DNA of 63,979 bases, counting the filler, from Porpidia crustulata (taxonomy: Eukaryota), in the NCBI GenBank assembly GCA_964255105.1. It is 4 parts of 4 records of this genome, joined end to end, with 100 filler letters (N's around TTAATTAATTAA, not from the genome) between each part and the next. Parts side by side here need not be neighbours in the genome. Positions count along the whole stretch, not along the records: positions 16,093 to 32,053 come from CAXUWE010000277.1; positions 32,154 to 48,071 come from CAXUWE010000278.1; 2 more parts are not named here. One strand, 5' to 3'. Positions 27,533 to 40,701 of the stretch are shown here, piece after piece. Under the pieces are notes generated by a model. The model made no database searches and was not told the DNA's origin. It saw nothing but the letters and a program-made list of their open reading frames with translations. The position numbers were made by a program, and so were the translations under genes. The first letter of the stretch is position 1. Every line of letters starts with the position of its first letter.

Positions 27533-30500
27533 ATGAGTGCCTATCTCTGGAAGTATTACTTCGAAAATGATGTTGAAAGCTTTCGCCATTTGTTGGCGAA
27601 CGCCACGTACAATGCAGCAGCAGTCGCATCGAGAAGTGGCACCAGCGGAACAGGAGGAAACACTGCAGCCTTAGGAAGTCCTGGAACAAGTTTTGCGACG
27701 TCGCCAGTATTGATTGGTAAGAGTAGGAAATCCCCGAGATGGAGTCCTGCAGTACCTTCTGCAGCCAAAGGATCAAAATCCACAACTGTGAGCTTGACAC
27801 GCGGAGAGATCAATTCAAAGGACTTCAACGGAGTCACTCTACTGCATTATATTGCGTCTTCCACTGATGAGAAAGCCTCACAATATGCCGCTGCACTCCT
27901 TCAGGCACCGCTTCAAACATCTATGCTGGACCTTTATATCCAAGACCTGGAGAGCGGATGGACTGCGCTACACCGAGCACTGTATTTCGGCAACATCACG
28001 ATCGCGCGAGCCTTGATGGAGAGGGATAGTGAAGTTGCATTCAGCCATCGTGGTTTCGGAATAGCCCAGGGTGTTGCAGGTCTTATAAAGATCAAGGATT
28101 GGGAAGGGAATAGCCCGTTCGATGTCTATGGAGCCTCGATTACAAGCCGAGTTATTCGCCAAGCGCCAAAGTATCCTCTACTTTCAGGTGCTTCAGAAGA
28201 GGAGGAAAATGAAATGGCGCAGGGGACAAGTGGTGATCCCAACGAGGACGGGCTCGGGAGTAGAGAGATAACCCCCCGGGTCAATATCGAGGGTGACGAA
28301 TTATTTACCTTCGGTAGCAACAAGAATGTTACTTTGGGCTTTGGAGATGAAGACGATCGTCAGTATCCAGAGCGGATCTTCTTGAAGCGCCCAGAGCACC
28401 TACTACGTCGTCTCTATGATGAATTTAGATCTCGTAGCTTCCAAACCAAGACGACCCAGGACGCCAGGAACCTCAACTCATCGAGTCTCTTACCAGCTTT
28501 GATCCAACACCGACCTATCGTGATTCAAGATATTCAACTTGCCAAATTACATTCTGCAGTCTTAACTGCTGATCCTGAGGCTAACCTCTACGTATGTGGA
28601 TTTGGACCTGGCGGCCGGCTAGGCACAGGGGATGAGGCTACAAGGTTCCACTTCGTGAGCGTATCTGGAGGAGGACTGGCTTCCAAGAAAGTCGTGCATA
28701 TCGGCCTTGGGCAGAACCATACTCTTGCTATTTCTAGCCAGGGAGAGACTTTCACCTGGGGCAGTAACTCATATGGTCAGCTTGGGTATGTATCACCACC
28801 ACGCAATCTCAAAGATGAAGAGTCCGTGCAGCTTTTGCCTCGACAAGTCTTTGGTCCCTTGAAACGTGAAATTGTCATAGCAGCCGCTGCCTCGCGCATC
28901 CATAGTGTCGTACATACGGCTTCCTCTCTCTATACATTTGGAAAAAATGAAGGTCAACTTGGTCTTGTGGACTCCGATGCTCGATCGTTGGCCGTACAAA
29001 ATACACCTAGAAAGGTCGCAGCTTCGCTATTTTCATCATTGATCAATTCCATCTCGGCCATTGAGAAAGCTACAGTGTGCCTTCTGGAGAATCACGATGT
29101 GTGGATATTCGCAAATTATGGCTATACCAAGATGACTTTTCCTTTGGAAGGCTTTGCAAATTACTTGCTGAAGAACAGCTTCTCGGCTACGCAATATAGC
29201 AGCTCACAAAACCATATTTGTAAAGTCACGGCTGGAGAGGATACAATATGCGCCATGTCAAGTATGGGTGATGCTTTCACCGTCAGTGTAAGCCAAAAGA
29301 CAGAATCTTCAACTGCAACGGCCTCAACCACCAATCCATCAAAGATTCGAGGTGCCCTCGCCCCTCCACAACGAGTTTGGTCCTTGAGGAAGAGCCACAT
29401 GGCTGTGAGAGATATTGATGTCGGCCAAGACGGTTCAATCATCATTTGCACAGAGTCTGGATCTGTCTGGAGAAGAGTCAAGCGCGCCAAAGTCAAGGAC
29501 GCCAATGCTCCTGGTGCTGCGGAGTACAAACCAAAGGATTACAAATTCTCTAGGGTGCCTGGGCTTACACGGATAGCTGCAGTACGAAGTAATACCTTTG
29601 GAGCTTACGCTGCAGTCCGCCGAGATTGTGATGTGCTGAAGACGCAGATCGAGATTGACGGTCGCACACTGTGGAAAGATCTGTACCCAATACATCCATT
29701 TAAAGACTTGTCTGTTGAGGAAGATTCGGACACTGAGAACCCTATGCCGCGCTTCTGGACCCCAAGCCCTGGCACACACGACATAGCTACCATTCGCCGA
29801 GCTGTATTGACAGCGCCTGATATTGACAGCATCATCCTCAACCTTTTCACGGATCAGCAAGCATTGGAAGAAGCGAATTATGACTTGCGTATAGCGTCGA
29901 CGACATCTAAGTTACTGATACCAATGCATGAATTCGTGCTAGCTGGACGTAGCAGCGTAATGAGGCAGGCACTGGCAACGTTTCGTCGGACATATTTCTT
30001 CAGTATACCCGATGTCGTCACTATAGAATATGATAATGAAGGCAAGATCCTTATCTTATTCCAAGGTATCGACTGTATGGCTCTTCTCAATCTTGTGCTC
30101 TATATGTATACAGACTCGCTTGTGGATGTCTGGCACTACACTCGGCACGCACCAAAGTCCGCTATCAGGTATCGTCACATACGGACAGAACTCATGAAAA
30201 TCGCATCCCACCTTGATTTGAGGAAACTCGAACAAGCCGTCCGAGTAATGGTTGAACCCCCGAGAACGCTGAATCAGGACATGGATGTAGCCATACTACA
30301 GCCCGAGTACTTTGCAAATGGCGACGTAGAGATCCAACTCGACGGGCATAGCATCAAGGTACACAGTGTCTTGCTCTGTCAAAGATGCCCATTCTTCGAA
30401 GGACTTTTCAAGGGACGAGCGTCTGGATTGTGGCTTTCTACTCGGCGAAAGCAGGTCCAAGAGCATCAGGAAACCATCAAGGTGGATCTGACACATGTCA

Positions 30501-32053
30501 ATCCTAATGTGTTCAAGTATGTTCTTCGGCATATCTATGCTGATAGCCAAGAAGAGATATTTGATGACGTTATTGCGGGCGATTTGGACGCCTTTCTGGA
30601 TATTGTTATGGAGGTAATGTCAGTCGCAAACGAGCTTATGCTTGACCGGCTAGCACAAGTCTGTCAGAAGATGCTTGGGCGATATGGTGAGCTACACCCA
30701 GCATTACACAATCCGGCCTGCTGATGATTCCAGTTAATACTCGAAATGTCTGTCTATTGCTCAACGCCGTAGCTCCATGCTCGGTCACAGAATTCAAAGA
30801 TGCAGCACTTGAGTATATATGCCTAAATCTCGAGGGCATGTTGGAAAATCAGTAAGCTCTTGACGATTCGTACCAAACTGGATACTGATTTTGCGCTTTA
30901 GCTTGCTCAATGAGCTCGACGACGATCTGATGCTAGAACTGGACGAAGTCGTACGCCAGAATCAATTGGCTTGTTTGCCTTTTGCAAAAAGCGGCAGGGC
31001 TGAAGCTGACCTACATGAACAATACCCAGAATTGGCTGGCATGATCGAACGTGGCAGGCGTGCCAAGGTAGACGCTATGACACTTAACACTCGAACACAG
31101 ATGGATGAGCTACGATTCTCTGGATCTGCTAAAACCAAAGCTGCTTTCCCCGAAGATTTGAGCCAGTCTCCTTCCGCACAGAAATCAAAACGAAAATTAT
31201 CCAGAGACTCTACGCTTTATCAGCGGAGTCCTTTGCTGAAGCCCAAGAGCTCTGCAGTAGACCTCATGTTCCACATGGATGAATGCGATGAGTCGAGTAC
31301 AGAACAGGTTGAAGCAAGTGTACCATTACGTGGCCAGCATGTACAGCAACAAAATGACCAGCCTCGTGCGCCCTCCATAGGATTACCCCGGGAAGAGCCT
31401 TGGATGGATTCGAAGGGTAAGGCATTACCGTCAAGTATCGAAAACTCGATCGCAGTATCACCAAATTCATGGCAAGATTCCCGAAAGCAAAATGCTCCGC
31501 GTTCGTTTGAGAAGCATGGGTCTCCTGAAACCCCAAAACCTTGGGGTTCTTCAGCACTCGAGTCGTCAAGACTGGACATGAAGGAGATCATGGCTCAGGC
31601 TTCATCGAATCGAGTGTCCAATATCTCGGCTGGTCTCTCTCTTCGGGCTCAACGCACCGACATAACGCCCGGCAGTCTGCCAGGCAAGTTGTCCCAACGA
31701 GAACGGAAGAAGCAGCAACAGTATCAAGTGCATCCGCCACAAATTACAAGTCCAATAATTTCAACGGAAAACAAGGTACCAGAGGAAGCGCCTTCGTCGC
31801 CGTGGCAGGTTGCCACAAGGAGCCCCAGGATATCATTGAAAGATGTGCTGGGTTCGGAAAGCAGCAAATCCCCAGCATCCCCGATGCCTACTGCCTCTCG
31901 CTCCTCATCCATTCCATCGCTTACTTTACGACAAACCATTCCTGGAAACGCATCTGCCAGCACCCAAAACCCCAGCAACAACTCCAATCCTGCACTCCAC
32001 CCCCAACATCGCGCCGTCTCCTCACCCACTCCATCCACATCCAAACGTACCCC
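27533..32053 (+). CDS. btb1: Ankyrin + RCC1-repeat + BTB/POZ protein (btb1/IBTK-like), 3'-truncated by contig end
   Basis: Ankyrin QDLESGWTALHRALYFGN, RCC1 repeats (LFTFGSNKNVTLG, CGFGPGGRLG, FTWGSNSYGQLG), BTB VHSVLLCQRCPFF; two short introns near 30690 and 30850. Confidence 0.87.
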
Positions 32054-32153
32054 NNNNNNNNNNNNNNNNNNNNNNNNNNNNNNNNNNNNNNNNNNNNTTA
32101 ATTAATTAANNNNNNNNNNNNNNNNNNNNNNNNNNNNNNNNNNNNNNNNNNNN
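32054..32153. other. Artificial contig-joining spacer
   Basis: 44 N + TTAATTAATTAA + 44 N. Confidence 0.98.
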
Positions 32154-33357
32154 GTTCAGTGGTGGCGGAGGGGGTTTCAACAGGGACGGCTGGCTTTGGG
32201 GGACGTACGCCGGCAAGGCGGTCGAAGGAGCCGGTTGGGGCGGGACGCTGGGCCCGGGTTTGCTTATCGGCTTCGTATTTCTCCCCAACTTTGAGGACGC
32301 CGATGCGCATTTGGCGCCAGTCTTGGAGTTGGCCGATGGCTTGGCGGAGATTATGGTCGTACTCGAGGGATTCCGTGAAAGAGGTGAAGTCGTCGTGGTT
32401 CATCATTCTGGCAAAGGGTTTCGCCTTGTTTAGTAGATCGCGCTCTTCCTTCGTGCGCTTCTTGTCATGCGCCGAGTTTCGCCGGTAGTCGAGCAAGGCG
32501 TGCTCAAAGATGACCTTTTTGCGGTCGGCGCGTGAGGTGAGGCGTGAGTTGTAGATGTCCATTACGATCATTTTGAGCTCCATTTCCGGTTCAAGGTCAC
32601 CGGTTCGGGCGTTGATGCCATCGCCTGGATCAAATTGCATATGCTGAACTGCTTCTTCGGCCTCGTTGGCGAATTCGGTCTCGAATTCGAGGCGGCCGGG
32701 CATGTATCCTTGGACTTCATGGCAGGCTGGGACGCTCGCTGTAGGCTTTTGCTTGGGTGTCGCTGGCGGTGCGGACTTGGCGGCCTCCTTCCGATCTTCT
32801 ATCCGCCGTTTCTTGCGAGCTTGAAACTTTTCTCTAGGGTTCTCTTCCACAAGGCTAGTATCTTTCGGGTCTGCTTTCTCTGGTAGAGGAAACTTGGAAC
32901 TCTCGATATAGGTATTGATGTAGTGGTCTCGAACCTCCTCTTTTGTGCGAAAGCCGCCAATGTGGTCTGCTATGTCGGCCCATGAGCCGAGGCCATACAC
33001 TTCGGCGCCTTCTAGCAATAAGAGCTCCTCGTCCGCGCCCCAGTCCTCGGTATATATGGGTATTGAATGCTGCTCGATGACAGAGTAGGAATGGGTTCTC
33101 GGGTTATGATCACGCGTAGCCTCGCCTTTCGAAAAGCATGGCACACAAAGATCGTAGTCATTGCATGTTGGGGAGGCGCATCGAATGCGAACCTAGGAAT
33201 ATGTGGATAAGCTCTAGCGACTGCTCGAGGTATTCCAATACAAATACAGTACAGAACTACTAACGGTAGAGGTAATGTCGCCGGAACAGACATCACATAT
33301 GTACTTCAAGCCTCCCTCCGTCCCTCTCGTTACTGTCTTCTTCCTGATGACACCCAT
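32154..33357 (-). CDS. ADA2: SAGA/ADA complex subunit Ada2, 3'-truncated by contig end
   Basis: MGVIRKKT...[29 protein letters not shown] (ZZ finger), SANT domain [12 protein letters not shown]...[11 protein letters not shown], and [17 protein letters not shown]. Confidence 0.95.
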
Positions 33358-33717
33358 TTTGCCGACAGAAGGCCTATCCTCCGCTCACTCGGAAGCAGCC
33401 TTTTGAGAGTGCTGGAGGACTCTAAGCACTCTTTCAACGCAGACTGGGGAAAGATTTCTAGTCTCCAAATAGATAGTAAGGCATAGGTGTGTTGCGCGGA
33501 GTAGAGAGCACGGTAAGGTAAGTGGGTAAGTAGGTGGGTAGTAGGCTAGCAGCCTCGTAGTGCGGGTTGGGAGCACCAGACTAATCTACCCTTAGAGCCG
33601 CCACTAGACTAAGGTACCTGGTTGTTCCTGTTTAGGTTCAAGTACCGACCTACCCACGCTAGTCACCGTACCTTACCATAATTACCTCCCTAAGGTATTG
33701 TGCCTAGGTGTGCTAGG

Positions 33718-33988
33718 CACGCTGTTGAAGAAAAAAATGGAAGCATGCGCTAGGGAAACCTCACCAATTTTGACGAGATCATCAAAATTCTGATTAAATT
33801 CTCATGTGCTGTTTAAATTGAAAGTTTCATTGAATATAGTATTCTACTTGCTCAGACGATGACGAGCAGTTGAAGTAGCATTGAACAAGGCATTGTTGTA
33901 AAGAGTTAATCAAAATTTTGATGATAGCTTCACCAAAATTGGTGGGGTTTTCCTAGCGCATGCTTCCATTCTTTTTTTCAACAACGTG
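33718..33988. mobile_element. Non-autonomous TIR element (MITE A, 271 bp), CACG...CGTG ends, 5-bp TSD CTAGG
   Basis: Terminal inverted repeats match at 50 of the first 55 nt (all mismatches are transitions) and extend to about 80 nt with a gap. CTAGG is duplicated at 33713-33717 and 33989-33993. AT-rich non-coding interior. Confidence 0.88.
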
Positions 33989-34529
33989 CTAGGTAGGTTG
34001 GTACCTGAGTTTTTTTTTTCAATAGGCATGAAAGGCATCATCCCATCTTTCTACGTTATCAAGTAGTCATTTGTGATTCGATCCGGAAGGCACCATGCTG
34101 TAGAGACAAAGTATACAGCATTCATCCACTTCCCCTCCACGAATTCTTTACAAGAACCAAAATGCCTTGGGTGCTGCAATACAATCATCCATTTGGATTT
34201 CACGTCGAACATACATTATCAACTCCCTACATAGTGTAACTGCCATCACAGCCCCGATTTAGACCGTCCGTTTCCCCGCCATTCATGTCCGCACGTTGAG
34301 TCTCACTTGGTCCTCATGTCCATAGAGAAGAGTCAGATTCATAGCCGTAGATTTCTCTGTTGCAGCCACTTTCATTTCCATCAGGCGGAGTATCGCACTC
34401 TACAAGCGGAAACGTACCTAAATCGTCCCCCGCCTCCGCCTTACCCGTTCCTATTCCTCTTTCACGACTACGACACCTTTATTCTACACTACCCTCGTAC
34501 GACACCCACTGCAAGGCCGTTCCTCCATC

Positions 34530-36622
34530 ATGTCTTGGAATCTGACGAAGAGTATACCGCTCTGCAGTCTTGCTGATGAGCTACTGCTGACTTGAGTGAG
34601 TGTAGAATTCAAGGAAACCCATCTTGGGTCATTGAAGAACCCTCTTGGTCGTTCAACATCCACATCAAACATCGAAGCGAACGATCCGCAGCCTATAGAT
34701 GAGAAGAATGTTATGAACAACGGCAGTGTAAACAGCAGCAGTAACAATGGCATAGGTCTGTGTCTCGAATTTAAGATGTGAAATAGACTACTGATTGCGA
34801 ATAGCTGCATCGGAAGCTATGGTTTCTCCTCCCGCAGCGCCGACCAAGCCTGGCATTCTCATTGTCACACTCCACGAAGGCAAAGGCTTTTCGTTACCAC
34901 CTCATTACCAGCAAAACTATGGTGCTCAGTCGCAGAATTCAATTTCCGGTGGTAGCGGGTTCTCAGTCGCTGGATCAATGCGCGGAGATCCCTCAGCTGC
35001 CCGGACTCCTGGCACTATGGCAGGTTCATATGCCAACAATGCCCGCCCACAGACCAGTGGAGGTATTAATGCCGCTCCAACCATCCATGGCCGCTACTCG
35101 TCACGTCATCTACCTTACGCACTGCTCGATTTCGATAAACTCCAGGTATTTGTAGACTCTGTTTCCGGAAGCCCTGAGAATCCTTACTGGGCTGGTGACA
35201 ATACTCAATACAAATTTGATGTTTCTCGTGTGACAGAGTTATCTGTACAATTATATCTACGGAATCCAAACGCCCGTCCAGGAGCAGGTAGGAGTGAGGA
35301 CATATTCCTCGGTGTAACACGAGTGACCCCAAGGTTTGAAGAGAAAAAGCACTACGCAGAAGATCCGAAAGCAAACAAAAAGGATAGAGAAAAGAACCAA
35401 GCAGCGTTTGTGCAACAAGAGCGGCAGCTAGGGCAGAGCGGAACCGAATGGCTTGATGTTGCATTCGGGACTGGGTCACTCAAGATTGGTGTCGCGTTTG
35501 TCGAGAACCGACAAAGGACGCTGAAGATTGAAGATTTCGAACTCCTGAAGGTGGTTGGAAAGGGCAGTTTTGGCAAAGTCATGCAGGTGATGAAACGCGA
35601 TACTCACCGGATATACGCTTTGAAGACTATACGAAAAGCCCATATCATCTCTAGGTCCGAGGTCGCGCATACTCTGGCTGAGCGATCGGTCCTTGCTCAG
35701 ATCAACAATCCTTTCATTGTGCCATTGAAATTTTCATTTCAGTCTCCTGAAAAGCTTTACCTCGTCCTTGCATTTGTTAACGGTGGAGAATTGTTTCACC
35801 ACCTACAACGCGAACAGCGATTTGACGTCAGCCGAGCTAGATTCTATACAGCGGAGCTTCTGTGTGCACTGGAATGTTTGCATGGCTTCAACGTCGTTTA
35901 CAGGGATTTGAAACCGGAAAACATCCTCCTCGACTACTCCGGGCATATCGCATTGTGCGACTTCGGGCTCTGCAAGCTCGATATGAAAGACGAGGATCGC
36001 ACAAATACGTTCTGTGGTACCCCGGAATACCTCGCACCAGAGCTACTGTTGGGTCAAGGCTACAACAAAACGGTCGACTGGTGGACTCTCGGCGTACTTC
36101 TCTACGAGATGTTGACAGGACTACCACCTTATTACGATGAAAACACGAATGAGATGTACCGCAAAATCTTGTCCGAGCCTCTCCATTTCCCTGGCCCCGA
36201 GATTGTTCCTCCAGCCGCGAAAGACTTGTTGATACAACTTCTTGACCGCAACCCAGCCTCTAGACTTGGTGCTAAAGGACCTTCGGAGATTAAGGCGCAT
36301 CAGTTTTTCAATGCTATTGATTGGAGGAAACTATTGCAGAGAAAATACGACCCTGTATTTAAGCCGAACGTGGTGAGCACCAACAAGTACATGCATTAAG
36401 CAGGAGAGAAATTAATATGCACAGGTTGATGCGCTAGACACGGCCAACTTCGACCGCGAATTCACCTCAGAAGCTCCTACAGACTCGTACGTCGAGGGAC
36501 CTATACTTTCGCAGACGATGCAGCAGCAATTTGCAGGCTGGTCCTACAATCGCCCTGTTGCAGGACTAGGGGATGCTGGCGGTAGTGTCAAGGATCCTTC
36601 CTTTGGTAGTGTGAGTGGATGA
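34530..36622 (+). CDS. YPK1: AGC Ser/Thr kinase Ypk1/Gad8/YpkA
   Basis: MSWNLTK/KFKETHL..., C2-like region, GKGSFGKV, YRDLKPEN, DFG, TNTFCGTPEYLAPE and hydrophobic motif QFAGWSY; three introns. Confidence 0.95.
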
Positions 36623-36973
36623 TAGTGACTGAGTGATGCCTTACGAGGCATGATTGCATTTGATCGGGCAAGCGTAGAACTGTGGGAGGCTGGTCTTTCA
36701 CAGGCGTGTTTGATTTTCTACACCAATGGACATATTCCACAGGTGACTCTCAATACCAGGAAAAGACACTTGAGAATTATCTGCGCTTCGTTCGAGTCTT
36801 TGCTGGAGGACAAGCTGTGTTCGGCTGTATTATGTGTTCATTTGCAGTATCGAACTATGACACAACTCGTGATGACCGTGAAGACTTCGCACTATGGTGA
36901 GATGAGTTTTTCTAACTGGGCTCAAGGACAACCTGAATGTGTGTGAGGCATCCCGTGACCTGTTCTTCGTGGG

Positions 36974-37236
36974 CACGCGCCAGGCAAAAAAAGCCGCGCA
37001 CTCAAACTTTCCCCACCAAAATTTACTACTGAATTTCAGGAGAACCTAAAAACAAAAGATCATCATCAACAGCATAAAACCCCCACTTAGATCAAAGCTC
37101 AGGAGTTTATGAGAATGAGGGCTGTAATAAACGACGAGAGTAAAATAACAATTTATTAGAACAATAAAATTCCTGAATCCAGTAGTAAATTTGGTGAGGA
37201 AATTTTGGGTGCGCGGCTTTTTTTGCCTGGCGCGTG
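36974..37236. mobile_element. Non-autonomous TIR element (MITE B, 263 bp), CACG...CGTG ends, 5-bp TSD GTGGG
   Basis: The first 28 nt of the TIRs are identical (CACGCGCCAGGCAAAAAAAGCCGCGCAC), and they remain similar to about 67 nt. GTGGG is duplicated at 36969-36973 and 37237-37241. AT-rich interior. Confidence 0.9.
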
Positions 37237-37454
37237 GTGGGGTCTCGAGCGCAAAGGGATCTGGTGGGGCAACTTCCGCGAGCTTCCTCACAGCAAAAGC
37301 TGGGTACCGAGTCCACCAAAACCTGCCACAATTCCTTCCAAGCTTCTATTTGCATATTGCATGAAGAGGGCTATCCAGTACCATTGATCGAAGAGAGCAA
37401 TCCTGACAGAAACAGTGAAAAGGAACAACTGCATCCGACACAACTGCAGACACA

Positions 37455-39266
<1,812 letters not shown>

Positions 39267-39565
39267 GAAATTTTGGGAGATTAGGAGGTTGGGGGGTATG
39301 TGGGGGAAAGGTATGGATATGGTGCACATATTGCGAGCGGGTTTTTTAGATAGATTGCTACCCATCTACTTAGGGAGACGAATTTATGAGCCAAAAGTCT
39401 GAACTGGCGTTTTACAAATTCTCAAATATATCTAGACTATTCAAGGTGATCTCTATAACAAAACCGCAAACCTACCCCAAGGAAACCGAAAGCTCATATA
39501 CACCTGAGCCAGAGAAGAAAATTGAACGATATCAACTGCGGGTATCTACAGTATATAGTACGGTC

Positions 39566-39610
39566 GATCCTAAGGGTTCACGGGTAGATCCTAAGGGTTC
39601 ACGGGTAGAT
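39566..39610. repeat. Perfect 21-bp tandem duplication
   Basis: GATCCTAAGGGTTCACGGGTA x2 plus GAT. Nearby are a 12-bp duplication (GGTGGATAGGTA x2, 39646-39669) and a (TTC)n tract. Confidence 0.9.
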
Positions 39611-40701
39611 ACGATCTTGGATTGGATAATTTGCAGATACGCTGAGGTGGATAGGTAGGTGGATAGGTAAGTGAATCGATTTCTGTGATAGATAGCGCTG
39701 TAGTGGAGTATCCGTCTCAACGTCAACCGTAGAAAAAAAATTAATTTCACCTTCGCCATTATCCCCTCGCCCGAATTTCTTCTTTCTCATCTTCTTCTTC
39801 TTCTTCTTCTTCTCCCTCTCCTTCCCCTTCTCCTTTGCCAATTTTTCCCCATGGTGTAACCCTCACATATTCTTTCTCTCTTCGTCCGGTTCTGCCGTTT
39901 CGAAACCTGTGATTTTAATATTCCTATACCTTTCCGTTAAAAGTTTCTGCGGATTCGTGAAGGAAATCTGCATATGAATCTGCATAGGGTTGGTCTTTCG
40001 TGGTCTTTTGTTGTTGAAAAGATTAAAAATGGATGGCGTTTGCGGTTGTTTGACGGTCTTGGCTTCTTCGTCGGCGCTATCGATTTGTTCCGGTGGAAGC
40101 GTTACGCCTCGTCTCTTGCTTTTCACCAAGGTGGACACGGGATCCGTGTATGACGCAAAGAACGACTCGGATGGCCCAGTCCCCGATTTAATTTTTTTCC
40201 GCCCGGGAATATGCTGGTACTGGGATACAGCACGGGTACTCCGAGTGCTTGCCAAGGGATCCGTCGACATTGTCTTCGAGGATGTTTGCAGCGATGGAAA
40301 AGTTTTGGAATGGGTTCGGTCTGATGGACTGATCTTCGTGCAAGGCGTTTCGTTCGCCAGGCGGAGACGATGACGGATTTCTTTCAAGGTTGTCTTGGAG
40401 ATGCTTTGTCGCAATTAAGCTTGCGAATGCTTTTACCTCGTAATGCGGTAGGTCATTATCTTTCATAACGGGCTCACAGGTTGCGAGACTTTTTGTGACT
40501 GGGAACGCAATGGGATAGCCAGAACGAAGTCCATGGTAGCATTTACCGAGGGTATTGGTACCAGCTTTTCATGAGTGTAAGGAACTCGAATCAAGCAGAG
40601 TCGTTCTCCAAGGATACCTCAAATATTTCCTCTCATTCACGATTCTTTCCGTAATTGTGGGGACCGGTGCGACTTTCATTTCGTAAAGAGCCTAGACCTT
40701 C

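Noticed and set aside
33714..33992. Alternative reading of MITE A with GCACG ends and a 3-bp TAG duplication
   Set aside because: Formally possible, but CACG ends with CTAGG give a longer exact duplication and match MITE B, where only the 5-bp reading works.
36974..37001. RSS-like heptamer/nonamer in the MITE ends
   Set aside because: The CAC start and A-tract are present, but the spacing is not 12 or 23 nt and the match to CACAGTG/ACAAAAACC is loose.
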